Notes under the pieces: model-generated | The model's input: the letters and a program-made list of their open reading frames with translations, nothing else | What the model was told of the DNA's origin: nothing | Databases searched by the model: none | Shown here: positions 12,701 through 24,233 of the stretch, piece after piece | How the letters are laid out: every line of letters begins with the position of its first letter | How positions within the stretch are numbered: position 1 is the stretch's first letter | Translations under genes and position numbers: made by a program | From: Toensbergia leucococca | Lineage: Eukaryota | Direction of reading: 5' to 3' | Assembly (NCBI GenBank): GCA_022813965.1 | Contig: JALDZS010000162.1 | Location: forward strand, 1 to 53,721 | Length of the DNA: 53,721 bases

Positions 12701-12836
12701 CTCGATGTGTCGCATTGGTCGTACTGGACACATTGCGAAATTGAAGATCGTCGATTCCTTGGAGATCCTCATCGTCGTCCCAACATTCAATATCTTCCTG
12801 TGCAGGTTGGCGAGATTTCAACGTTGATTGTTCCAT
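9765..12836 (-). CDS. byr4: Septation initiation/mitotic exit network GAP scaffold Byr4/Bfa1, intronless, 1023 aa
   Basis: N-terminal IECWDDDEDL, repeated DW/DFEDDLE acidic motifs, S/P/R-rich middle, GDGTELEIFDDLP, C-terminal repeats KGMHWNP..RWEGNE and GGMVFDPQRMCWLK. Confidence 0.85.
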   Translation of the reverse strand: MEQSTLKSRQPAQEDIECWDDDEDLQGIDDLQFRNVSSTTNATHRESISSRASMKSDRDSIGGAEEDWQVLLPADDEVSTTTAIASAKSAGIPIPANVPTSALLGGTIKRLGGRKLKKVLGDDWSEDLEIPKIGEGGFQFKKNEANDFPEAIRQISAAFSDMTSPSKPQASMSFRERMESVRKSKPCDGALDKFQDDEDEEDFFGDVPTLKIAKNRSTQKPVNFAPPPVFSPPTKLLNSMDDFEDDLEFPADGQPLKLSARKEIPKTPASQLNDDFDTEWAEGSLGTRFGGTRRDGRSNPSSSISALSPSVSSCLTAESEDEGLDGLILPDGPLKFDEVLKKRLENASPDPADYSGERQAEKRAAAKEDFFAGIEIGDGDVFDSGKLTLNRNIKHKTARQTSPARRTAMTLTFTNKPLSNATRIPVPKAPAHDRSRSRLEPVSESGGPVPKYDRSQSRMAGHSKQSSTSSIPTPSTPSSSHVVVPSTPSRRTLNNKSSRETLNMEPTTNVAQLLRAKRSIPAIRSQPSPARVQPSHQRPPSRGDYGSRQAVPNRPKTPVDRSGAESSLGNSRRPPVPFLPAGTSHAQSHHISTKSSRNFHRPTSSDSNETTPLNRPISRLSNHYHRSHSPSIRKDLAPEALAREASSKRTLTKPTRRRAFGDGTELEIFDDLPTSATIESRFVKQPVARGAPKSTLLRSKLGLTQIHPSTPSNIDMPLQTPQTPLSPTKHEPVPRFARDTNASRIAREQRVGCVSTILHASSHLPTLPEGTGPLTSISTNWKAQVTAKGFASPSVSRIKRGKPPPQKPCLIKPLGDGVNSEKSVKGMHWNPTLFRWEGNENALAPFDALVPPPYSPKLMTGNNASKPAPALIANFGAAKGVQVSGGMVFDPQRMCWLKMAPSHLNPGTLTNPTSPATVDEDEDPFAGLEDLDDGKDRKTGVGFTAEGQAAQSGSAAKGGSVTDDWLVGEEFDVGPEFVRRQRAEEEKWRRKVEGWVGTGHRDSGAAGEEWKWAIRGIVPGGWS

Positions 12837-13483
12837 TACGTTTTTCCAGACGTCAATAAACGTGTAAAGTTGATCGCATGAAAATCGGTCGGTATTTCAA
12901 TGACTTCCCTAGAAGAAAGAAACGCGATTCGATTTGTAGAGACGTCGTCCAAGACTGAATCGTGGGACTCGCGACGACAGATTCATAGACCCATTGTGTT
13001 GCTGAGGCCGGTGTTATCGAGGTCTTCGTTTGCTCGTAGGACCGGAAGGGAAGACAGCGACCCAGCACCACTTGCAGCGATTTTGGACTCTTGGGAAATG
13101 TGGAAATCTCAGAGGTATGTCGCGAGCAGCAAGGCACGGATGTCATGTGGATTGGTGGATCCTCGGATGATGGCGAACTTCAACTTGTGGTGGTTGGGAC
13201 GAAGGTGGCTGCAAGTAAAACGCGCTAATTCGGACAAGCGCTAGCAAAAGCGCGTCACTTCAAACAAAACTATTTAGCTCGACTATCCGTAGGTAGACTG
13301 CAGATCCCCCACCACAACTCTCCAGCATTCAGTTGAGATCAGCCATCAGCAATTCCTCGGAAGAACAAAACAGCACTGGACCGCTGGTTCCTCCTGAATG
13401 ATTATTACCCTCTCCCTCATTGTTCTGTCTCTATCTACCATACTACCAAAGAGGGTCCTATCTTCAAATATATCTCACGTCTC

Positions 13484-14710
13484 ATGGCTTCTCAGCAAGT
13501 CCTACGCATCCCCCGAATTGACAGCGATGGGGGCTATATCCTAGTGAACGTCACTTCCGACGGTCCTTCTCCCTTGGACCTCCGCCTGGAAGGAACCGAG
13601 GGAGAATTTCCATATGGCGTTCAAAGTGAGATTAGTCCTCTGTTGTTGTTCTTCGATTAAGCACTAAATGTTCATTGCCTAAGCATAGTAAAGCAGTCTG
13701 AAATCTCACAATATTGTAACCCGAACAGTCGACTAGAGGGTTCGCAATGGGAGACCATGTTGCTTTCAAAGTTACTCCATCAGAGATTTGATACGATAGC
13801 TGAAGGCGCTTTCGAAAATCTAGAAGTCGTTGCTTCTATCTTTCTTGAAAATCAACTTGTAATCATTTTTCGCATAAACGTTTCCGGCATCACACAACGC
13901 CTTGGCGAAATAACTTTAAAGAGAGATGAATCGCTTGACCTTAACATAACCGACTGGGCTTCGACCGCTATCATAAGATCTGATGATCTGGAGAAGGAGG
14001 TCCTTGGTCTAGCAGAAAAGTATGAAGAGCAAAACCAGGCATTGAGAAAACTCAACAAACAACTAGAAGATCTGATTCAAGCAAAAGCCGACCATGAGCA
14101 CAGCCTTCTGGTGAAATTTCGAGAACTTTTGAACGAGAAGAAGGCAAAGATTCGTGTTCAACAAAGGCTACTGATGGTTGGTGCTAAGAGCGAACCGCAG
14201 CAAGATAATCTTCATGCTCCTACCATATCGACTCGCGCCATCCCTCATGAATCAAGGGTGGCAAAGCGCAAAGTCAACAAGGCAAAGCCAACCGTTAATG
14301 CGTCCTCGGATTCCGACGACAATGACGATTTTGAGACAATGGCTACAGACAAAAGGCTCATTGAAGACGAGGAAACCCGAGGATCACCCGAGACGTCTAA
14401 CCATGATACTACAGACGCTGATGACGACGACCTTGATGCAGTGACTCCTCCTCAGCGCGGCTTGGGCAGAATTGGGTGGAGTGCAAATCGCAAGTCTCTC
14501 GAAGCTCATGCCACATCTCAGGTTCCAGTAGCAGAATTAACTGGTATCGAATCGCCACCTCCCCGAAGAGACCTTCCTTTCTCACGAAAGACGCTCGTCG
14601 GAAATCATCTAGCAAAATCGCACTCGTTAGACACACCAGAGCTCGTTGAAGGTCAGGTTATTGCTAAAGATGAAGAAGACGAAGACGTTACGTCAGACGA
14701 CGAGCTATAG
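13484..14710 (+). CDS. XRCC4/Lif1-like NHEJ protein (head domain, coiled coil, acidic tail)
   Basis: ATG 13484, intron 13626-13688, then frame of ORF 13757-14710. LDLRLEGTEGEFPY, RLGEITL, coiled coil ending KFRELLNEKKAKIR, acidic tail TSDDEL. Family recognised from memory. Confidence 0.7.
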
Positions 14711-16251
14711 ACATATTCTCAACTTATAGCAGCCCTCATTCCTCAGTATCCTTGATCTGATTTGAAAGATTAAGAATATATTCCGTCGGTAATTTGGCAC
14801 CGATTTTACTTAGGTTACCAACGTGACGAGCTCGTACTTTGGCCACTCTTAGTTCCAAATCCAGATATTGAAAGTGATATTCCTCCAACCGATGATTCAA
14901 GTCGACTAGCTTGCCTGATTGTCGTCTATATATGTATCAATATAAAGTGAGGCAGACACTTGAGGATCCGACATCCAATTGATATCACATCCTTAACATC
15001 CATACTAAGTTACTAGACACATACTTACAATAGTGATACCTACAAGCTCCGCCTTTACACACAGGGGGCTTCCTCAAAGCTCCAATCTCCCAGAGAAGTC
15101 GTAAAGACAATGAGCAACACGGCGGATGTTTTTAGTCGATTGTGAGAATCCTGTAGCCTAACTTGGTACGAGAAGACACAAAAGGATCGATAATTAAGAT
15201 ACACAAGGATTAGGACAAAGCTCATTCTACGAAATGAGATAGTGTAGGTGAATGTAATGCTTGGAAGGGGTATTCAAATTTGATCCGCCTTGCAAAGCTA
15301 AAGTTAAAGAAGGCTCAGTGGGATGGACGAGACTAGCTTCGCATGTCTGTTTGGATAATAGGTATACAACCACAGAACGGATGATGCATTCTCAAGGAGA
15401 AGATCACTTTGAGAGCCAAAGAATAGCTCAAGCCAAATCGATTCAAAGGTCGAAGGGTGTCAGAACGCAGTGTCACATAAGCGAAGAGACCCCAGTACGT
15501 CTGATAGATATTATTTTACAGATGCCGATTAGATTTGTGTCGTTGACTCACTCAGATACTCAGGAGTATGAGTACACCAATGAACTCGGCTTAGAGCAAG
15601 AGCCTCTTATCTTGTCTGGAGAAAAGCTGTCATTGAAGACTTTGCTTGTGTGTAGAGGATGGTAGGACATGACTTTGAAAGCAGTGAAAAGCCGCGAGAT
15701 TGTGAAGCAGTCTCATTCGAGGATTCTCTGTAGGCCTCTAAGGGTTGCAACGCTACCGTAAACCCTCATTGCATCAATCCAAATGAATCCTAGTACCAGA
15801 GTCCATGCACGGACGATATTACCACTGCCCATGAGGTATTTCAAACGTACCGGGAGCTTTACATCCCAAACAGAACATTACTTCCTGTCCTTTCTTTGCT
15901 TTCAATATCTGAGGGAGCCATGTTTCTATCCCTGCTCGAATTGGAGAAGATTTCAATGCGATGGAGCTAAGAAAGATTACTGTCGCTTCCCGAGAGCGCA
16001 TGGCCCTGTTCGGTGTACCATTTGGCATTTGCAAGTAGGCTTTTTTGAATACTCGTACAGTTAAATTTGCTGATTTTCATACTCATAGTGGATGCTTCGG
16101 CATTGAGCTGCTGTCCCAAGGTCCATATCACAATAGGACAACAATGCAGTCAAAGATACCCCTTTTCTTGCGTGTAGCATAGCTATCAGTACAGGGGTAT
16201 TTTCATGCGAAAGCAAGATATAGGCGGTTCCGACCTTGATCAAACATAACT

Positions 16252-17221
16252 CTACAAAGGTAGGTTGAATTTCTTTCCCTGTAGCACTCTATTGCACGAT
16301 CGTCAGCATCAGTGTTAGAGTGGGCGTTTCGAAGACTCTGGATAGATTAGAGGTACTCACTTTGTATAATAAATCCAGAAGAAGTCAGAATAGAGAATTG
16401 TTTGCAAAGTACCAGCTATCCATGGAATCTGATCCACATATCCGTCGACGAAATATCGATACAGCCAATTTGGGATATACAATGCTCTGTAAGCTCCCAG
16501 CGCGAATAGATAATGAGTCGTTATAGTCTCGGCTTCACCGGTGCGCTGCAGCATGAAGAGCTGAGGTAAAATCGCTACCGATTCAAGCCATATTGAAAAC
16601 GCCCACAAGATCTAAACCACGAGATCCTCCTGTCAATTGGGAAAACGAAAATAAAGGAATGGGTATGAAACGTAATCATCTAGCACTGACCTCTGTAAAG
16701 GTATACTTATACGGAAAGAGAACAGCCAGCACTGCACTACCTCCTAACAAATATTGGACCTTGAACGTATCAATATTAGGATCGTGGGTAGGTTTGTAGT
16801 CGTTTAGTATCAGGTACACCGTGTAGGCGGAAGAAGCCACGAAGAGGAGCTTGAATGTCGTGTTCCACGCAGAATTGGTGAAGGTCCAGAAAATGTCTAT
16901 GGCCGCAAAGGTAAGCTCGGATGTTTTTAACAGCGCGCTTCCAGGGATTTCCTACCAAGATATCTTGTAACGTACACGATGAGATACAAAACTTGCGATT
17001 TGAATGATATGCCCGAACAGCTCTGAGCTTCAAGCTTAGCCAGTAACTTTGGAGGCTTGGATACAGCACAGGCTACGCACATGCGAGGATTTCATCTTCT
17101 GAAGAAGTATGAGGATGGAGACGAGGTGGGACAGGTCAGCTATAGGACAAGAAGTTCATCAGAAGGAGAGCAGAATGTTTTGAGCTTCGCAATTCATACC
17201 TGTTATCCTGAATAGATTCAT
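16252..17221 (-). CDS. ERD2: ER lumen protein-retaining (HDEL/KDEL) receptor, 6 exons
   Basis: Spliced [16 protein letters not shown]...[10 protein letters not shown]...TRYLD...[16 protein letters not shown]...YRALYIPNW...[20 protein letters not shown]; all GT-AG introns. Confidence 0.96.
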
Positions 17222-17708
17222 AATCACGGTGACACTTGAGGCAAGCTCGGGACCCTCTGAATTTTGCTTTGCAAGGAGCAATGCCTATGTATTTGCAGGA
17301 TGTGATGTTGACACGCTTCATCCTTTCCGTACGCGACTCCACAAGCCACTTTGACAAATTTTACCTTATTCTAGCTCCTTAGCTCCGGGAGGCGCGCATT
17401 GGTACAGCAGGGCTCAACATCAAGCGCTAGGTAGGGTACGGATAAGATACCTGTATTCGTACACCATACCTCTGTCGATAGGTGACCTCTTATCTATCAT
17501 ACATCATATAATCGGTCGGCATAGTATGCGAACCTCAAGTATGCCTACTGAGGCCTGATGCTTCATTGCTCTCTGTATGTTCGGTCTGTCAGGCCTCCCT
17601 GGAGAAGAGTCCCGTGAGCGACTCTAACACAGTCCGCACATGCTTTTCTGCTACACTATCTAAGTGCTCACTCTCATCTTTGAGCTCCCCAGTGCACTGG
17701 TGTCAGCC

Positions 17709-20172
17709 ATGTCATTACTTGGATTCCCTGATTGGAAGAAAATTGGATGGCACATTGGCAAAAGGCTCAAAGAAATCCTGCATCCCTCTCCTGCGAATCC
17801 TGGCCCGTCGAAAGAAGAACGAAGAGCTCAGCGACTCCGCGATCGCTTGAAAGGGTTCGCTTACTTTGATGACTTTGACGAGCTCGACTCATGGACACCG
17901 GACCATGTTGACGAAGCCCAAAAGTCCAATACGCCTCTCTTGCCACGTGCAGCAGCAGGTGTCCATGATCAAGATGGCCCATCCACAAAGACCTTGCTAT
18001 GCCATGATTATAAGGAATGCTTTTTCCCTTAATATGACGATGGCCCGCTGCTAAGTCATAATTCACAGGGGGGCTATCATGATTATGAGAGTATTCGCCC
18101 GCAATTTCTAGAAGCAGAGTTATACAGCTGCGAGTATCTCCAATATGTTGATACGTTCATATATTTCTCACACAAATTGGTCTGTGTACCACCGCCAACG
18201 TGGTCTAATTTGCTACACCGCAACGGCGTCAAAGTGCTAGGTACTTTCATTATTGAACCCCAAACCCCTGACTGCGAACGCATGCTTGCCTTGGTAGATG
18301 GCGAGTATCATTTTGCCAAGCAGCTGGCCCTGATAGCGCATACATTTGGCTTCGATGGGTGGCTACTAAACATTGAGAAACAGTTCCCCGAAAATAGTCA
18401 AACACTTCCAAAAAGACTGACAAATTTTATCACAAGTTTGGTGCATTCCCTTGGACAGGAGCGGAGTATTATATGGTATGATGCATTGAATATTGATAAC
18501 CAAGTAAAATTCCAGAATGGCTTGACAGTAAAGAATCTAGATTACGCACGGGCAGGGGGTGCTCTCTTTACGAATTACAAGTGGACAGAAGCTCGGCTTC
18601 AAGAAACTCGAGATCTGGTTTTACGAAATGAAATGAAGGCCTCAAACGTCTACTTTGGGATTGACGTTTGGGCTCAAAACACGAACATGCCAGGTCCACC
18701 TCGAGTCACCTTCCCTCCCAAGAATGGAGGAGGAACTAATACTGGGCTAGTATGATCCTTCCTTGTAATCAAAAATCTCACATCTTCCAACGTGCCTTAA
18801 CTTTCTCTTTGTGGTGACTCAAATTTGGAGGATACAAGGAACTAAGGTTAGACATTTAGGCAATGAGAACGCTTGCAGACATGGGCTTCTCCACAGCTAT
18901 ATTTGCTCCCGGCTGGACACATGAGCACTTTTCGAGCATGGCTCTTCCTTCCCTTTACAACGAACCCAAGGCATCAATCTCCAAATCAGTAGACCAATCA
19001 ATGTGGCGCGGTGCAAAATTGCCACAAAATCTTGTATGCGATTGCCGTGAGGGTAGACCTCACCATACTGAAGAATACCGGTCGAACTCCATATTGCAAT
19101 ACGCTCGTGAATACCCTGCAGGATCTTCCCGCTTCCTAGATAGCGATTTCAGAAGGGCATTTGAGAGAAGAAAAGATAATACAGCCCAAGTACGTATAGA
19201 CTTCCAAAAAACGATATCCTTTTTGGCTTTCTCGGTTTGATCTGATAAGGATTTTGGCCTCAGAATGGTGAACACGTGGTGTCTGTCCTCGGTTCATTGA
19301 AGCCATTACCTCAAGTTTCACCTACGGCTACCAGTCATCTTGGGAACATGATTCCTGCACGAGTGATCTATGGCGAGCTAGGTGATTTGAACGCTCCGGG
19401 TTTAGCGGTGTATACAAAAGTCATCGGCGACGAGAAACAGGTTTCCCACCCCGGCATGATGAACCAACGAGATCAAACCCTACCCTCAACCACAACATAC
19501 CGCCTATGCCTGTTTAAATTAAACATGCCTGCTGATGGTACCCTACAAGCTACCATGAAATCGAAACGTGACCAGGCAAATAGGAGTGTCAACGTCGGAT
19601 TTTATACAGCTTACAGGTCAGATGAGTTGCAAGACCTTGAATATGTCGACAATCAATTATATCTCGAATCCTCGCAGGATTCAAAGGTCACCGTGGCTCG
19701 TCTTGAAGCTAAATCTAAAGAAGCTCAATTAGTTGAGTTTGGAGTCTATTGCAAAGCACCGATAGAGGCATCAGAGCCTTTACGGCTGATAGGTATTGAA
19801 AGCTTGATAATAAAGCCTATCTACAACACAGTGCCAGCGTTCGCCATTCACAGGATCGCAACGATTCAGCGAGGGGAGGCGCCGGAAGTTCAGAAGAGGC
19901 TTACATGGGATTGGCAAGGCTCTTCTGATTGTTGGCCGGATGGCATGCCTTGGAGCAAGACAACCGGGCCGTTCTCTCATTTCATTGTTTTATGCAATGG
20001 AAGGGAGGTAGGAAAGGCTCACTGTTTGGAGTTCCCCCTATCTTGGGATGACTTGAACATATCCAAAGAGGGGGATGAAGTGGAGGTTACAATTGATGGT
20101 TACTTATTCGGTGGTGGTAAGATCAGTAGCCTACCAAAGATGGTACTCGGAGCAGATCTGGTGTCAGAATAG
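17709..20172 (+). CDS. Glycoside hydrolase family 85 cytosolic endo-beta-N-acetylglucosaminidase (ENGase)
   Basis: LLCHDYK|GGY, FIYFSH..VCVPPPTW..HRNGVKVLGTF, catalytic GFDGWLLNIE, IIWYDA, FTNYKW, GIDVW, AIFAPGW. Exons 17709-18014, 18069-18749, 18860-19189, ~19264-20172. Intron 1 needs a GA donor. Confidence 0.88.
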
Positions 20173-20874
20173 AATATGACAACGGACAAAAACATTTGGA
20201 AGGATGTATGGATACTGTAATATCAGAGTGTACTTTACTCAGTAGTCGTATTCAAAACATCGGGACGGCATTCAGCCACGCAGTCTAACTTGATTGGGGA
20301 CGCTTGGCTTGGAGGGTGGAGGGGATTCTGTGTCGCCCGCCCGCTGTTCATCAGTCGTGCAGATGCGCTAAGGCCGGACCCACCTCAGAGGAACACCTCA
20401 TAGGAAAACTTCCAATCTCTTGTCTGTCCCAGCTGACCAACATTGCACCCTCAACATCCTGTATCTCTGTCACTCCTTTGATCAGAGGGACCCCGGGTAT
20501 TGGGCCTGCCAATGGCCTCTGATTCTGCGACTGTTACCAATCAACCCAACATGCATACATGCCACCGCGCTACTTAAGTTGTAGAACTAAGCCTCATATG
20601 AGAGCATCTAAGAAAGCTAGAAAGAGAGCAAGGAAGGCAGGAAATTTGTCTAGACGGTCCTGTTTCGTACGAATAATGCCCGAACAATGAAAATTCGCCT
20701 GTCCTAAATCAGACTTTCAACACCTTCCATGGAACAGACTCTGTCTTTCACCGCCAATACTTTTAGCTCTCACCAAGTCTTCTCAAGTGCTCCATTGTGA
20801 TACCCTTCAATCCTTTTCGCGGTCTCGGGCTATTTATTACAGCTGGCATTGCGCAATTCAAAGCCTTTGGAGTC

Positions 20875-23558
20875 ATGTCCAGCAGGCCAACCAACCTTCA
20901 ACCAATGTCAAAGAAGTCGCTTCTTGCCAAAGCCGTACATAATACGACAGATCGCATCGACACCACCAAGATTGACGCGCGCCTCCAGCGAGTCAGTGAC
21001 AAGATCCTCCCCAAGTCACCTTACCTACTAGTTGTACCCCCAACCACTTCCCACCGCCTGAGCCCGCAACAAATAAACGATTTGACGAGAGGCTCACCTT
21101 TCTCCGCGAGCGAAACCCAACTGCAATATCTTAGCTTTATCCCTCGTGAAGGAAACGACGGCCTACTGAAGGCTGTTGGAAACTGGGACAACGGCAGTGG
21201 AGAGATCATGGAGAACTCCTCATCCCAATCACACGGCATGATGAGCCAGACAAGCTCTCCGCAGCACGGGCAACCCCCAAAAAAGAAGATAAGTCTGCTA
21301 GACTACAAAAATACAAAAGCCGCAGTCCAATCAGGGGCGAAGACTGTGGCTAAGGTGAATGGAGAACAAAATAGTCAAGACAGGTCCAACGGTACGTCAG
21401 TTCCCGCTGACACGGCGACTGGGTTTGAGAAGCTGCAGCATGGACAGAAAAGGTATGGGGCAACCTCAACTCCAGGGACACATATGCTAACGCATACCAA
21501 AGATCAGTAGATGCTATAAGCGAAACGAAGGTTTTTAAGTCTTCTGATGACAACATTCAACCTCCAGCCAAGAAAGCCCGTACCTCATCACCCTTACCCG
21601 AAACTACATCTGAGGGCCCAAAACCCAAGAAACACAATATTATCAACCTTCCGCCATTATTATCGCCAACACTTCCTCCAAGTATCGAGGATGAGATAGC
21701 GAAAGCCTATCCCAATGCAAAGAGTGGAGATGTCAACACGAGGCACAAGAACACAACGTCTGTCACATCTTCAACTTCAGAGAAAGGTTCCCAGTCCACT
21801 CAGCTTTCTTCGCCAAATGAATCACATACTTTGAAGCCTACTGCAAGCTCTTCTGTATCGAAGCCAGGAATTGAATCCTCGGCGACGACCCATATCGACA
21901 AAACCTCATCGACAAAAGCTCCCGACCCCTCTAAACGGCCGCCAGATCAGAAGCAACAAACTTCAAGATCAAAGGTTGAAGACAAGACTTTCAGGGTGAA
22001 CGGGGCCACTAGCATTAAATCTGATGCGCTGAGTACAAGCGCGAAACATGAAAGTAGTACCAGTCAAGGACCTGTGTCTAAGGTCTTGAAACCCGAGACG
22101 AAGAAGCTGGTGGTCAAATTGAAGATTCCTAAAGCGGTGCGGAAGAACGTCTCGAGAATCTTACAGATGCAGCCTCGCCCAAAGAAGCAAGAACAGGGAA
22201 TTATATCACAGCGTTCCGATCGTGAGGCTGTCAAAGAAAAGCATGGAGATAAGATCCAACCTAGTGCTCCCGATAGAGGTCGAGACCAACCTCGTCAAGA
22301 CCAGAAAGCCAGAATAGATAAAAGTAATGATCTTCGGGCGAACAACCGTGATGAGGCTAAGACGAAGCGGCCACAAGGCGACCAGGAGCAATCCTCTACA
22401 AAGGGATCTGAGAAGCGTCAAAGGCTAGAGGACGATAAAGATGATCTTGAGCCTCCAAAAAAGCGTCAGAAACCACCTAATGACCTTGATCTCAAGCATA
22501 AGCCTCGTACACCGATTCCGCCACCTTTCAAGTCGCCGGCGTTATCACAACAGGGCAGTGCTCAAAAGTCGCAAGTCTCTACGCCGATGCGTGATCTAAA
22601 AAGCGTAGCCATGCGTCGTATCGAGTCAGGGGAGGGTGATGTAAAGACACCTCAAGGAGCAGTAAGAGGTGGGACGCCGAACGCGCCCAATAGTGCAGAG
22701 CGAGTCAATCGTGATGGACGATCTTCTTCAAATACCTCATCCAATACAAATATCCTAAATAGTAAGGCAGAAGAGATAACTGCATGGAAATTAGAAAACA
22801 AAAAGTACATGGAGCTTGGGAGGACGCTCAAACACGACGCGCTACCTTTTTTGAATTCCCGGGACCAGAACTCCAATGGCGAGCCGGATTCCGATGCTTT
22901 GAAGCGCGGTATTGCAATCGCAATTGAGACGATATTGTGCTACATGCTAGCCTTCACAGCCATGGACGAAGCACAACGAGCAAACCGAAAGACTAGTGAT
23001 GCCGTTGGTTGGCGATCCCTTCTCCCGTACATGAATTTCGTAATGACGAGGACCCCAAAATTCCCGCTTCTACATGGTCTTGTACACCAATTAGAAGCAG
23101 TCTGCCGCGATACCATCCATACCCTCGAGCTGGAAAAACTTGAGCGAGACCCCCTTCCCGGAGATGAACCTCGGCCTGGTGCACACGGGACAGAGGGCGA
23201 AAAAGCTGTCGATAGTACCGCCAAAGCTATGCAGTACAAAAGCGACTACACAGAATTCAAAACCAGACTTATCGAAAACGCTCGCACGGCGCAGCAGATG
23301 TGGCTCCAAGGGACCGCGCAACTTTCCATTTCTCACTGCCAACGATCCTTCCCCGAGACGTGGGCTAAACGAGCGAGTGTCCCAATGGCCAAGAATCGAG
23401 AGAAACTCGTTGCAAGGAACTATGATGGGGAATTTTACCTACCACTAGGGGGTATAAGTAGCGGGATTGAGGCCGTGAGAGCAGGCTGGAGCCTCTTGGG
23501 AGAATGGTGCAGACAGGAAAAGGTGAAATGGGAGGGGAAGTTGGGATTAGGGATCTGA
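20875..23558 (+). CDS. Large low-complexity nuclear protein with conserved C-terminal helical domain (Ell-binding protein Ebp1_C-like)
   Basis: Intron 21453-21502 joins the two ORFs. KKKISLLDYKN, LPPLLSPTLP, LVVKLKIPK, NLS-like PPKKRQK, C-terminal YLPL...EAVRAG..LLGEW...EKVKW. Domain name from memory. Confidence 0.6.
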
Positions 23559-24233
23559 AGAAACGTGATTTATAGAGGGCCGGGTGACTCCGCAGCTTTA
23601 CGGAATGGGGAGTTAGAAACCAGGGCAGGATTTGGGGTTATGCATTGCGTTGACTTATGGGGTGGCAAATGGATGGATAAGGCAGAGCAGTGTGGGGTGT
23701 TTTTTTTGTGATGATCCCCCGGCCTCAGTTGAGCCATGCGATTTGTTTTCCTGTTCTTTAAGTTTGCGAGGTGGAGTGTGGGAGGGCTCTCGTGGTATGC
23801 GTGTCAAATAGAGGCAGCTCTGGTGTTGAGCGCATGTCACTCATAGCGGGAGCGTTGAGTGATTTATGTACTTGCACGTCTGATCAAGCTCATTTCATGC
23901 ATGCAGTCTCTATGAGATGTTGCACCCATGAAGTGCAAAAAACTCATGCATTGCTCTGACAAAAAACAAAAGGTTTTAGTCACATGCTTGATATACTGAC
24001 TACAGAACCAAGGATCAATACAGCATACATGTATCACATTCACCAAACAAACCGCATGCTTCAATTCACCCGAGAAATACACACCACAAACAACACCGTC
24101 TCAAGCTCCGAAACCAGCCAATTTTCTAGCTGCCTTCACTCCAATCGCTTCAAGCTAGCAGCCAGACAATAAGCAACGCCAATTCAGGGGAAGATGAAGT
24201 GCACTGGTAAGCCAGCTACTGCCCCACCATCAC

